A stretch of DNA of 64,000 bases from Nemertoderma westbladi (Eukaryota > Animalia > Xenacoelomorpha): the NCBI GenBank assembly GCA_032718475.1, contig JAUCBJ010000238.1, positions 41,647 to 105,646 of the forward strand. Reading direction: 5' to 3'. Position 1 is the stretch's first letter, and every line of letters starts with the position of its first letter. A program made the translations under genes and the position numbers. The notes under the pieces are model-generated. The model saw nothing but the letters and a program-made list of their open reading frames with translations, did no database searches and was not told the DNA's origin. Shown here piece by piece: positions 12,581-25,537 of the stretch.

Positions 12581-13860
12581 CGATAAACGTTGAATGATTA
12601 TCTGATTTCACTTAGCCAGTGAAATGATTAATAATTATGATAATAATGTACAGTAGCTAAAAATCACACCATTCAGTCAAAGTGCAAAATAATAAAATAG
12701 AGGTGCATATTTCAGGAACAATTGCTCTAGGTAACAGGAACTAGGAGGGAATTTTATCAAAATTCCAAAATTTCGCTTTAAATACAAATAAAGGGTCAGG
12801 TTCACTACGACGTGTGAAAATGTATCTTTAAAATTAATTAGTGTGAAATAATTCCGACATCATTCTCAATAAGTATTACGGGGTCTTTCCCTAGGTTTGT
12901 ATCACCAGCAAAAACGAATTTTTCAGAAACATCATGAGAATAGCATCTTAAAAAAACAGAAGAGCGGCTGTTTTAGTAAGAGGCGTAGTTAACTGCTCAT
13001 AATTTGTTCCGTGAAGAGGGCCAACTATGGTTGAGGCAGAAAGATCGGGAATTACTAAAAACGATGATAATCGTTCTCATATACTGAGTATAGAAAGTTA
13101 TTATTACTTTATTACCTTGGGCTATAAGGGGGAGGGGGGGGGGGGGGGGGGGTCGAATATACGTCGTGGGTGAATCTATTTCAAGGCCCCCTTATCGTAC
13201 AAGGCGTTGCGTTGGTCTAAATGCAAACCGGTATGCATCCCAACAGAGGCCTCTGTCATACCACACCTATCCTTCACCTGTCTCCAAACCCAATAACGGT
13301 CCACTTTTAAGCGTCCACAATACTTCAGAAGTTAACAAAGCTATAAGATAGAAAAAGAACCTGCTTGTTATGTTTGTGGCTTTGGATAAGAAGATAAGTC
13401 CTTGGGCGTCTAATTATAGCAGTAGATGGATGCAGTTACACTCCCAGATCTTCTGTTATCTTCCACTTACTTAATAAACACACCTTACCGGATATCTCAG
13501 AAGTTCCCCCATATGAGACAAGCAGACTATCTATTATGTTCGCTTCCCACAATGTGATATCTTTAAATACTAATAAAGATCCGGAACTTCAATATCGCGT
13601 TTCATCATTTCATACATTTATGGCTGTCTAGTTTAGTTTTCAATTCTGGGTTATTATTAATAATTTCCTGTTTTTCAAAGTTTAAATATCATAATTATTA
13701 TCATTAAATTTCCTGTTGATTTTTATAATAAAAATATAAAAGCAAAAGCAAAAAAACAAAGATTCGGGCGAAGTCGGAAGCGACCCGAAGGCTCCTCTTT
13801 CGATAGCTGCTACCCAAATGTAAGGGTGGTTTATCACAAGTTTTGCTCCCGCTATTATAC

Positions 13861-13930
13861 TTGTTATTATTGTATTATCGTGACCTACATAGGTTATCTA
13901 TAGTAGGTCATGGTATTATCACAATAACAA
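13861..13930. repeat. Imperfect palindrome, probable MITE remnant
   Basis: TTGTTATT...TGACCTAC ATAG..CTAT AGTAGGTCA...AATAACAA. Confidence 0.6.
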
Positions 13931-16119
13931 TACATACATCTGATAGTAGTAAAAAGCAAATATAATTTGACAAATTTGACAAGTTGGTCTGGTCAAATAA
14001 TAATGTACTATAGTGGATATGTGAGGTCAACTAATTCAACTAGTTAACACTTGAACATCAGAAACTGAAAATTCTCATTGGAGAAAATTGGCGGAATTCA
14101 TAATACTAATTTGCCTGTAACTTTGCACACTGGTCCCTCACCAATAATTGGAGACCTTTTGGTACCAAATGGGCCTCCGGAAAGAATTGGGGGCCCCATT
14201 AAATTCGAATCTGTCGTGACAGCTTCACATACATTTAAAATCCCATCGTAGGAGTTTATAATTAAACAAAACAAAACTAGGCCAAAGTCTTGGAAAGACA
14301 ATCTGTCGCTTACTAGAGCAGAACGGATCCCTCCACGGCCCCAATCCATACAGCCCTTTACCAACCGCATAACTACGCAGAGACCTACTAACTGTACAGT
14401 AGGCTTGCTATCTGTCGAAGGACATGGATACGGACAGGCCCTTACTTTTAAAATCAAGCTCAGATTTATTGACGGCTTGTGCTTCCTTTTAATCATCCCA
14501 ATGTTATCCATAAACCATCAGCCCATAACTAAGCGTTTTAGCCTTCGATTGTAGTTGGTACCTGCGGGTATGAAACTGGAAAATATTCAAAGGATAGCCG
14601 TCGTCACAAAAAGGATGATTGTAACTCTAGTGGTTTTCTTCTGACTTTCCCGTTCGCCCAGAGGTTGATGACGGGAAGTCTGGAGAAGTTTAAGATGATC
14701 GTAATTACTCTGCTAATCGGCGAACGTGAAATGCGAAACAACGGAGGCAATTCGAAGGCTCCTCTCTCTCTCTCTCTCTTGGCTGTTTCTTGTAATATCC
14801 AGGGAGTTAGACCCCATTCAACTATATTTCCCATTACTGGAATACCACTCAGCCACCATAATCCATAATAATCCATAATCCATAACCATAATCCTGTTTC
14901 TTGCGAGACAGGGATGGCACCACACTAACTCTCAAAGTTGAAGCTTTCTTAGATTAGCTCTCGGGTCTTTTTTCTAAATCATTTATATATTATTAAATAA
15001 ATGCTTAGGCCCTACTTCCTAAACACCACTCCCTTACAAACTTGATATTCTTCATAGGGTAGCATTAGTGTATGTTAAATATTTTATACAGCTGATAGCC
15101 TTCTCAGTCAAGGTATGGGCGAATGTGAATTTCTTACTAATTCCAGGTGAATGAATTTTAGTAATATTGTAGGCTTTCAACTGTAGTACTACAATAATTG
15201 GTGTAATTAGAATCATGAGAGGGATAGAAGTGTTCTGAAGATTTACATCCCGCGTGGTTGCACGCCACTAGTTTATCGAAATAGTCTTATGGCCAGAACG
15301 TTGATAGCATGCCATTATTCATTAGATGCCCTGCTTTTATCTGCGACAATATTATCTACAGTTTACTTACACCATTCATCTGCCTTGTTTTCCAAGTAAT
15401 TTCAAGATAAGAGTAACTTCACATTGTTTTTGGCCAGTAGTGTTGGTGATGAATGGGACCCTCTCTGGGCTCCAATAAGTTTATCCCTTTGGTACAGAAT
15501 GCGATGCCCTTCGGCAATATTCAATATCGGCCAGAACAAAACATACTTTTCTATCATTGACTTCTATGGGCAAAGAATCTGTTGTGATAAAATTGTGAAT
15601 TTGACGTGAAGTTGATGGCGATTTTACAACTATTTAATATTGACTTGAATTGACGTGGAATTCTTCACGTCACGTTTTATAATCACCATTTAATAATAAT
15701 TATTCATAGTCAACATTAAATGTGAAGTAAAATTTGATTTGAGTAATCCACGTCACAATTTTAATAACACATTTTTACACTGTATCAAACGTAAAATATT
15801 TGCATTAAAATGACTTGAAAATATGTGTACTTGTGTACTTGTTTCACGTCATTTTCGCTAACTTATTTTAACGTCCCGATATGGGCCACGGATATCCAAT
15901 GTAGTGTAGTTTTAGAGTGTTTGTGGGTGGACCCCGGCATTACGCTTACATCGAATACATAAATCAAATCCTGTAGATGGTGTTGACCTGTGGCTCTAGC
16001 TCTAGGATGATGGGGGCCGGAGCCTGGACCGGAAGCCATTGCCATTTACCATTAGTGCTGACTTACATTACTGGCATTACTTCAGCTATCATCCACGCAA
16101 CTGCACAAGGTTGCTGTTT

Positions 16120-16200
16120 CTCATTGGTTGATCTTGGCATATAGTTTCTCAGCGGATTCACTGATTGGTTGATTTTACCTCTCAATGTTTGAATTTAGGT
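16120..16200 (+). promoter_or_regulatory. Candidate cell-cycle promoter: two inverted CCAAT boxes plus a CHR-like TTTGAA
   Basis: ATTGG at 16123 and 16164, TTTGAA at 16188-16193. A higher-GC block follows and ends in a donor-like CAG|GTGAGG near 16617. Confidence 0.35.
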
Positions 16201-18667
16201 GGCTTTATAGCTGTGGAGATGAAGGTGAACGAGTCATAGTAACAGAGTAGGAGTGCAGATGCTATCCTGTCCTGCAGCAATCAGCTGGAGTTTTGGCTCA
16301 GGGCTGCAGCTGCACTACTGCCGGTTACTGACTACGAAGCAACAGTACCGTACTGCAGTACAGTACAGAAACAACTGTGCTACCGGTAGCCCCGCAGTCT
16401 GCAGTCTATGGCATTACATCACCAGGATATTGCAGTCAGTCTTGCTGTCTTGTACTGGTATTCTGTCTGTCTGTGGCAGTACAGCAGCATTAGGCAACTT
16501 GATATCATCAACATTTATCGGACGGACAGCCGGATTACCGCCTAGGCCTATGGTCAAATTAGGTCAAATAAACAGACCAGCATACGTTAGACATTGTGGA
16601 TTGAGACGCCGTGACAGGTGAGGATTGAAGTGAAGACTTAATGTGAAGGATGGGTAGCCTAGGGCTGTAGGGTATTGGGTAGGCCTACAGGGTAGGTCAG
16701 TAGGACTGTCAGTCTGTAGGTATCTGATCCTCATGTTACGGTCTGACGGTAAAATCTACTGGTACCTAGCTGCCTAGCTAAGCATAACTTAACTGTTTAA
16801 TAGGCTTAATAATAAAGAAATAGGCATAAAATGCTGTTTTCGCGAGACAGGTTTGTGCCATTTTTGGAACATTTTTCTAACGTTATTAAGTCTGAAAACT
16901 GGCACAAAAACGCCAGAGTATTGAGTAATGTTGTACCGTACAGCCGTACGTCAGTCCGTACGGCAGTCAGGCAGTCCTAATTAAATCAAAATATGATTAG
17001 GCCTATGTTACAAAGTTTGTGTTGATTGTCATAACACCTGAACACTGTAACCTGGTAACAGGTACAAATATGGTAAAATAGTACAGTAGGCCTATAGCTG
17101 TATAGCTGTGTAGGATAAAATATATACACTAAATAAATAAAGATCAAATAACTACGGGTACCGGTACGTACATCGATTTATTAAATTTAGAGTAAGGTAG
17201 CATTCCTAGCAAGTTGACCCACTAAAGGCTCTTTATTGGCGGAGTTAACAATAATGGTTGAATGTAAGTTATTCCAAACTGAAACAACTTTAATATCGTG
17301 TATACTACAGGTATAGGCCTATCTAGTATATATATATATATATGCTGTCTATATCTATTTCATACTGGCTTAGTAACTTGAGCTTCAAGTTAGATTACGC
17401 ACTCGCGCTCCTAATCCTTAATCAATACGATAGTTGGAATTTGAATTTGGAATTTTTTAGTTTACAAACAAATTAAACATAAAACAGAACAGTTAAATTT
17501 TAATAATTGAATTAATTTCAAAGCACATTAATAAGCACCTATCCAAGCGTATTAAATAAGTACATACAGAAATATAACAGACAGTGGGTAGGGATATACT
17601 TCATTTTCGTTATTGGGAACCTGCGATTGTGGTGTTCAGAGTTTTTCAGAGAAGATTTGGAAAACCCCTGCGATTTAATGAATAAAAAGAAAGTAAATCA
17701 ACGTTCGAGAATATATTATATTATTTTCTATTATACTTTCACAAACACTTAGGCCTATGTAACTAGCTTATTATAATGTGTACTTTAAAGATTAAAGGCT
17801 TGGTTTAGCAATTATTAATGGCCATCTAATTCTAAATAAGGGTTTATGGTCAGGTTGTGGTATATCTCAGTATGTAGGTGGTGTTCCCTTCACGTATAGC
17901 CTACTTAATTGTTATCTTTATTTGCAGTGCCCAGTAAAGAGATGCCAGTTATGGATCGCTAGCAGAGGACGTAGAATCAACTTTAATATTGGATTGGTGC
18001 AGAATTATTCGTTCTCTTGTGCTTTTAGTTAACATAATATATCAACTACTACAATGGATGTTTAAATCAAAATCTCCATTCTTTCTATATGTATATCTAT
18101 TTATAATTTATATATCGATTTGATAAGGTATGTTATGTATGTATAGTATAACAATTCTTTTAATTACTGTTTTCTTTATATATATATATATATTATTTTA
18201 TTCCATAAAAATTGTTGGATATTATTAGAAAAATATTTGTGGCACTAACAAGTGGCACTTAACAATTTGCAGATATGAGTTAGAATACTGTGTGTGTATG
18301 TTAGTTTTTTTGTTACAAATGTTTGAAAAGAAAAATAATAAAATCAGTGAAAATTTAATTAAAATCATCGCAGATGAATAATTCGTTCGATTATTATCGA
18401 CATTATTTTCGATTGATTTTTGATCAATTTTGAACAACCCTACGAAATAGCCTCCCCTAAGTAACCACAGACAATTCAAGGACGAAAGTTTCTGTTAAAC
18501 CTAATGCTCTATCAATAGTCAATACGTATTACATAATTACTGGAGAAATTCCACCATTAAGTTAACTTTGCAGCAATTTAGTTTTTTTTTATAAGACCTT
18601 TCGTTTTTAGTTTTTTATGTAACATCTCGCGGTGTTACACCTTTGAAATAAAACTGCATAGGGCTAC

Positions 18668-21600
18668 ATCAGTGTAACCCTATGGGTGCAGTCAGTGTAA
18701 CCCTATGGGTGAAGTCAGTGTAACCCTATGAGTGCAGTCAGTGTAACCCTATGGGTGCAGTCAGTGTAACCCCTTGAGTGCAGTCAGTGTAACCCTATTG
18801 GTGCAGTCAGTGTAACCCTATGGGTGCAGTCAGTGTAACCCTATGAGTGCAGTCAGTGTAACCCTATGGGTGCAGTCAGTGTAACCCCTTGAGTGCAGTC
18901 AGTGTAACCCTATTGGTGCAGTCAGTGTAACCCTATGGGTGCAGTCAGTGTAACCCTAATTGGTGCAGTCAGTGTAACCCTATGGGAGCAGTCAGTGTAA
19001 CCCTATGAGTGTAGTCAGTGTAACCCTATTGGTGCAGTCAGTGTAACCCTATGGGTGCAGTCAGTGTAACCCTATGGGTGCAGTCAGTGTAACCCTATGA
19101 GTGCAGTCAGTGTAACCCTATGGGTGCAGTCCGTGTAACCCCTTGAGTGCAGTCAGTGTAACCCTATTGGTGCAGTCAGTGTAACCCTATGGGTGCAGTC
19201 AGTGTAACCCTATTGGTGCAGTCAGTGTAACCCTATGGGTACAGTCAGTGTTACACTATGAGTGCAGTCAGTGTAACCCTATTGGTGCAGTCAGTGTAAC
19301 CCTATGGGTACAGTCAGTGTTACACTATGAGTGCAGTCAGTGTAACCCTATTGGTGCAGTCAGTGTAACCCTATGGGTACAGTCAGTGTAACCCCATGAG
19401 TGCAGTCAGTGTAACCCTATTGGTGCAGTCAGTGTAACCCTATTGGAGCAGTCAGTGTAACCCTATGGGAGCAGTCAGTGTAACCCTATGAGTGTAGTCA
19501 GTGTAACCCTATTGGTGCAGTCAGTGTAACCCTATTGGAGCAGTCAGTGTAACCCTATGGGTACAGTCAGTGTAACCCTATGGGTGCAGTCAGTGTAACC
19601 CCATGAGTGCAGTCAGTGTAACCCTATTGGTGCAGTCAGTGTAACCCTATGGGTACAGTCAGTGTAACCCTATGGGTGCAGTCAGTGTAACCCTATGGGT
19701 ACAGTCAGTGTAACCCTATTGGTGCAGTCAGTGTAAACCTATGGGTGCAGTCAGAGTAAGAATATGGGAGCAGTCAGTGTAACCCTATGAGTACAGTCAG
19801 TGTGACCCTATGGGTGCAGTCAGTGTAACCCTATGGGTGCAGTTAGTGTAACCCCATGAGTGCAGTCAGTGTAACCCCATTGGTGCAGTCAGTGTAACTC
19901 TATTGGTGCAGTCAGTGTAACCCTATGGGTGCAGTCAGTGTAAGAATATGGGTGCAGTCAGTGTAACCCTATGGGTGCAGTCAGAGTAAGAATATGGGAG
20001 CAGTCAGTGTAACCCTATGAGTGCAGTCAGTGTAACCCTATGGGTGCAGTCAGTGTAACCTTATGGGTACAGACAGTGTAACCCTATGAGTGCAGTCGTG
20101 TAACCCTATGGGTGCAGTCAGTGTAACCCTATGAGTGCAGTCAGTGTAACCCTATTGGTGCAGTCAGTGTAACCCTATAGGTGCAGTCAGTGTAAGAATA
20201 TGGGTGCAGTCAGTGTAACCCTATGGGTGCAGTCAGTGAAACCCTACGTGTGCAGTCAGTGTAACCCTATTGGTGCAGTCAGTGTAACAGTCAGTGTAAC
20301 CCTATGGGTGCAGTCAGTTTAACCCTATGGGTGCAGTCAGTGTAACCCTATTGGTGCAGTCAGTGTAACCCTATAGGTGCAGTCAGTGTAAGAATATGGG
20401 TGCAGTCAGTGTAACCCTATGGGTGCAGTCAGTGAAACCCTACGTGTGCAGTCAGTGTAACCCTATTGGTGCAGTCAGTGTAACAGTCAGTGTAACCCTA
20501 TGGGTGCAGTCAGTGTAACCCTATTGGTGCAGTTAGTGTAACCCTATGGGTGCTGTCAGTGTAAGAATATGGGAGCAGTCAGTGTAACCCTATGGGTGCA
20601 GTCAGTGTAACCCTATGGGTGCAGTCAGTGTAACCCTATGAGTGCAGTCAGTGTAACCCTATGTGTGCAGTCAGTGTAACCCTATGGGTGCAGTCAGTGT
20701 AACCCTATGAGTGCAGTCAGTGTAACCATATGGGTACAGTCAGTGTACCCCTATGGGTACAGTCAGTGTACCCCTATGGGTGCAGTCAGTGTTACCCTGT
20801 GAGTGCAGTCAGTGTAACCCTATGGGTACAGTCAGTGTTACACTATGAGTGCAGTCAGTGTAACCCTATGGGTGCAGTCAGTGTAACCCTATAAGTGCAG
20901 TCAGTGTAACCCTCTTGGTGCAGTCAGTGTAACCCTATGGGTGCAGTCAGTGTAAGAATATGGGTTCAGTCAGTGTAACCCTATGGGTGCAGTCAGTGAA
21001 ACCCTATTGGTGTAGTCAGTGTAACCCTACGTGTGCAGTCAGTGTAACCCTATCTGTGCAGTCAGTGTACCCCTATGGGTGCAGTCAGTGTAACCCTATT
21101 AGTGCAGTCAGTGTAACCATATGGGTGCAGTTAGTGTAACCCTATTGGTGCAGTCAGTGTAACCCTATGGGTGCAGTCAGTGTAACCCTATGTGTGCAGT
21201 CAGTGTAACCCTATTGGTGCAGTCAGTGTAACAGTCAGTGTAACCCTATGGGTGCAGTCAGTGTAACCCTATGGGTACAGTCAGTGTTACTACTACTAGG
21301 ATCGGCATGCTGCATTGCAGCTGCATTTTTAAGAATGCTGTGCCGGCTTATCGACAAAATTGCACCGCCACAACTCCCTATCACCCATGACATTTGCTAG
21401 ATCATCCGCATCTTCAAGGCCAGTGTCCTTTAAGATGCGTCTCAAGAAAGTCATGGGCTGTCCAGTCCACCATGCTTATTCACTCCATGAGGCTGCCAAA
21501 GTACAATATTATGCACTGGTTGGTCCTCACGGCGAAAGCAATGTCCTGCAAAGCGGAGGCGATTTTTGTTCTAGTGTCAAGTTTGGGGGAACCAATGAGA

Positions 21601-23125
21601 CACCTCCAATGTTATATAGTGTCTGGTTGGAGATGTGTGCGTGCATTGTACTTGACACAATGAACCCGGCGTAGCATTCTTGTGAATGTGCCATCCAGAG
21701 ATATGGTGTCCTCAGCAGTTAGAGCCCAGCATGGACTCCCATAGAAGAGTACTGGAACTACTGCTGCTCTAAATAATCGGACCTTAAGTTTCCGATTAAT
21801 TCTCGGTGACTTCCAAATCCTGAAAAGCCTATTCAAGGCTGCCCATGCCTTTCTCTTACGTATTCGAAGGTCCTCACCTGACTTCCGGATCCGTGATCCC
21901 AGGTAACAGAAGTCGTCCACATGCTCAAGCATACCATCTTTTGAGCTTATGCTCATCAGATCAGAGACTTGCTGAGGACTTTCAAAGTTAACTGTCAACA
22001 TTTTGGTCTTTCAGGAGTTAATAAAAAGACCAACACTAGAAGCAGCATGTTCTAATCAGTCAGTGTTACACTATGAGTGCAGTCAGTGTAACCCTATGGG
22101 TGCAGTCAGTGTAACCCTATTGGTGCAGTCAGTGTAACCTTATGGGTGCAGTCAGTGTAACCCTATGAGTGCAGCCAGTGTAACCCTATGGGTGCAGTCA
22201 GTGTAACCCTATGTGTGCAGTCAGTGTAACCCTATGGGTACAGTCAGTGTTACACTATGAGTGCAGTCAGTGTAACCCTATGGGTGCAGTCAGTGTAACC
22301 CTATTGGTGCAGTCAGTGTAACCCTATGGGTGTAGTCAGTGTAAACCTATGTGTGCAGTCAGTGTAACCCTATTGGTGCAGTCAGTGTAACCCTATGGGT
22401 GCAGTCAGTGTAAGAATATGGGAGCAGTCAGTGTAACCTTATGAGTGCAGTCAGTGTAACCCTATGTGTGCAGTCAGTGTAACCCTATTTGTGCAGTCAG
22501 TGTAACCCTATTGGTGCAGTCAGTGTAACCCTATTGGTGCAGTCAGTGTAATTCTATGGGTGCAGTCAGTGTAAGAATATGGGTGCAGCCAGTGTAACCC
22601 TAAGGGTGCAGTCAGTGTAACCCTATTGGTGCAGTAAGTGTAACCCTATTGGTGCAGTCAGTGTAACCCTATTGGTGCAGTCAGTGTAATCCTATGGGTG
22701 CAGTCAGTGTAAGAATATGGGTGCAGCCAGTGTAACCCTAAGGGTGCAGTCAGTGTAACCCTATTGGTGCAGTAAGTGTAACCCGATTGGTTCAGTCAGT
22801 GTAACCATATGTGTGCAGTCAATGTAACCATATGGGTGCAATCAGTGTAACCCTATGTGTGCAGTAAGTGTAACCATATGTGTGCAGTCAGTGTAAACTT
22901 ATGTGTGCAGTCAGTGTAACCCTATGGGTGCAGTAAGTGTAACCCTACGTGTGCGTGCAGTCATTGTAACCCTATGTGTGCAGTCAGTGTAACCCTATGG
23001 GTGCAGTCAGTGTAACCCTATGGGTGCAGTCAGTGTAACCCTATGTGTGCAGGCAGTGTAACCCTACGTGTGCAGTCAGTGTAACCCTATGTGTGACCAG
23101 GCAGTGTAACCCTATTGGTGCAGTC
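18668..23125. repeat. 23-bp satellite (GCAGTCAGTGTAACCCTATGGGT), interrupted by a LINE
   Basis: AGTGTAACCC recurs at 18671, 18694 and onward. The array resumes at 22057 after the insertion. Confidence 0.98.
21291..22056 (-). mobile_element. 5'-truncated RTE-like LINE with (TAG)n tail and 13-bp target-site duplication
   Basis: ORF motifs VDDFCYLGS, KAWAALNRLFRIWKS and KVRLFRAAVVPVLFYGS. TSD CAGTCAGTGTTAC at 21278-21290 and 22057-22069. The tail reads TACTACTA on the + strand. Confidence 0.95.
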
Positions 23126-23639
23126 TGTAGTGTAGGAGTCTTGAAAATTTATGTATGCGAATTTTCCTTAATATGGGAATTTTTCGTATTTTTTGGAACC
23201 AGTGATTTTCATATTCTCCCCACTTTTTCCCTTCATCATAGCAATGTTCATGCTTTTGTAAAATTATATGCATGTTGGCCATTTTTAAAGCATAACAGAC
23301 TCCACTATAACGAATTTTAGTTTTTATGACAACTGTTGGAGTCACTATATCTTCCCAACGGTGCAGAGCGACTAGTGCAATGTACACTTATACTTATTTT
23401 AAACGCTTGTATCTAACGAATTAAAGCGAACGAAAATTATGGCTCACCCAACCCAGCAAGGAGTAGGTGAGAGGGGAAACTATCTGTTTCAAATTTCATG
23501 CAATTTTATTATGATTTCTCTACCCACCGTTATTACCGTTATGGAAAAGGAACCGGTTATATTGCAAGTCTATTCTAACAATAAAGAATAAACTTTGATT
23601 TTATTTTATTTGAGGAGAGATAAGTGTGCGGGTTACAGT

Positions 23640-23980
23640 TTCGATTTTGTTCATAGTAGCGGTTTCCGGCTGTGGTTGTCGGCTGACGCGTAAAACCGAG
23701 GTATTCTATATGTTATATAGGTTATTCTTTACAGGTGCAACAATGTTTAATTTAATTTAATCAATGCGTTATTTTTATATATATTTCAGGAGCCACTTGG
23801 GTGAAAGAATTATCAGGTATCTAATTTCCACGGAAAATCGTTATTCTAGAAAACGGAATTCAATTCATTATTAAAACAATCGGAATTCAACAGTCCCTTT
23901 ATTATTATTAATTGGTCATATAATCTCTGTAATTCGACTTTTAATAAATTCTATGTAGATAAGTTTTATTCGCTACCAAC
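23640..23980 (+). promoter_or_regulatory. Putative spliced 5'UTR of cdc25 (small introns 23701-23789 and 23817-23958)
   Basis: Sites GAG|GTATTC, TTTCAG|G, CAG|GTATCT and TATGTAG|A flank AT-rich blocks. A GC-richer block containing ACGCGT lies upstream. Confidence 0.4.
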
Positions 23981-25537
23981 ATGTTACCCAACCCCAATAT
24001 CGTCGCCATTAAACGGAGTCCTCTGGGCGAATCAAACCGTAATTCTTTATCTCCTATGACGAGTCTCGCTATTAATCTCGACAACGTGCTCAACACTTCC
24101 GGTGACGTCACTACTGGTCCAGTCCCTGACACCCCCAGCCCGTTCCTCTGCAGTAAACTCCGAGGAAGCGGCCGCGGTTTATCCTTAACTCGACGTTTCT
24201 CCCTCGACGACTTTCCCTCGGATTCCGATTCTCCGTCGACCTTTAAGAGACCCCGGTGCCCGCTGGGGGGCGTCGGGACCCGTCTCCAGCGCTACCGCTC
24301 GGGCCCCGTTGGTTTCGCGTCGTCAAACCGCCCGCCGCTGATCCGCTCCGGCGCCGTGGACCTCCCGGACGACTCGCCCTGCTTCGTCGCGGATTGCTCC
24401 GGGGATTGTCCCGACAAGGAGAACCGCAACCCGACCCGTCGTCCCGGGGAGCAAGCCCCCGCCGTTCGGACGACCAAACGATCGCCGCTCAAGTCGATCC
24501 CGCTGTTGCCGACCCGTTCGGCTCCTCCGGATCACGAAACTCCGACGAAATCCTCGGGTTTCGCCTCCGATGGATTCTCGGTAGACGATTTAACCGCGGA
24601 CGGCGACTCTCCATCCCCAACCAACCCGAACGTTAAACAACTCTACGACGCCTTCGATAAGAAACCCCTTACCGCTCCCGGCAAGGCGAGATTAAACTTT
24701 ACGAGTTTCGATAAAGATAACCAATCGGTTTCTCCCGAAGGGGTAGTTCCCATCCGGAATATCGACGTTGAAGTTGTCAGCTCGGGGGGCTCCTTCCTGC
24801 TGAAGAGACCCGCGGTGAAACCCAAATCGTTGATTCGATCTCCGGCGAATAAACGGAGTAAATACGAGGAGGATGACTCTCGGACCTGTCGTCTACAACC
24901 TCTGAAACTCCAGCGGTCCCAATCGGTGTGTCCGGAGGAGATCAACCGAATCCTCGATCGGATCTCCAACACCGACGTTATCGGGGATGGGAGCGCGAGC
25001 CACGCGCTCCCGCTGGTGGTCGGGAGGCGTCCGGATTGCCGCTCCATCGAGGCGGCCACCCTGGTCGGCCTGCTCGACGGTCGGTTCGCCGACTCGGTTA
25101 CTCGCTACCTCGTCATCGACAGCCGCTACCCGTTCGAGTACCGCGGCGGCCACATCCGCGGCGCGGTTAACTTCTACACCCACGAGGACCTCTCCGACGG
25201 GTTGTTCCGCTCGGCGCCCCCCCTCCTCGGGGCGGCTAACGAGTCGCAGCGATTGGTTCTCATCCTGCACTGCGAGTTCTCGTCGGAACGGGCCCCTCGC
25301 GGCTATAAGTACATCCGCGAGCAGGATCGACTGGTCAACTCCACGGTCTTTCCCCATCTACACTACCCCGAGGTTTATTTACTCCAAGGGGGATATAAAG
25401 AGTTTTATTCCCGCTACCCTGAGTACTGCGAGCCCCGCGGATACGTACCAATGAACCATTCGGAATATAAAGACGATCTCCGCAGGTTTAAATCGAAGGC
25501 CAAAAGTTGGCCACCTTACAGACCAAGTAGAAAGTAA
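23981..25537 (+). CDS. cdc25: Cdc25/String-like M-phase inducer phosphatase, 518 aa, single coding exon
   Basis: C-terminal rhodanese domain with VIDSRYPFEYRGGHI, catalytic HCEFSSERAP and YPEVYLLQGGYKEF. The Ser/Pro-rich N-terminus has many SP/TP sites, a KEN box and an RSQS 14-3-3-like site. ATG context is CCAACATG. Confidence 0.97.
   Translation: MLPNPNIVAIKRSPLGESNRNSLSPMTSLAINLDNVLNTSGDVTTGPVPDTPSPFLCSKLRGSGRGLSLTRRFSLDDFPSDSDSPSTFKRPRCPLGGVGTRLQRYRSGPVGFASSNRPPLIRSGAVDLPDDSPCFVADCSGDCPDKENRNPTRRPGEQAPAVRTTKRSPLKSIPLLPTRSAPPDHETPTKSSGFASDGFSVDDLTADGDSPSPTNPNVKQLYDAFDKKPLTAPGKARLNFTSFDKDNQSVSPEGVVPIRNIDVEVVSSGGSFLLKRPAVKPKSLIRSPANKRSKYEEDDSRTCRLQPLKLQRSQSVCPEEINRILDRISNTDVIGDGSASHALPLVVGRRPDCRSIEAATLVGLLDGRFADSVTRYLVIDSRYPFEYRGGHIRGAVNFYTHEDLSDGLFRSAPPLLGAANESQRLVLILHCEFSSERAPRGYKYIREQDRLVNSTVFPHLHYPEVYLLQGGYKEFYSRYPEYCEPRGYVPMNHSEYKDDLRRFKSKAKSWPPYRPSRK

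Noticed and set aside
13127-13152. Long G/C homopolymers here and at about 11.5, 36.65, 54.3 and 59.5 kb
   Set aside because: Such runs are common in TE termini and their length is error-prone; there is no independent evidence of function.
13160-15610. Short ORFs in a moderately GC-balanced block
   Set aside because: No motif was recognised in the frames examined; it may be an old TE relic, but that cannot be supported.
18668-23125. True telomere array
   Set aside because: There is no tandem (TTAGGG)n, only an 8-nt core within a 23-mer.
23941-25454. Several overlapping or antisense ORFs within cdc25
   Set aside because: These are expected shadows of a GC-rich CDS and carry no recognisable motifs.
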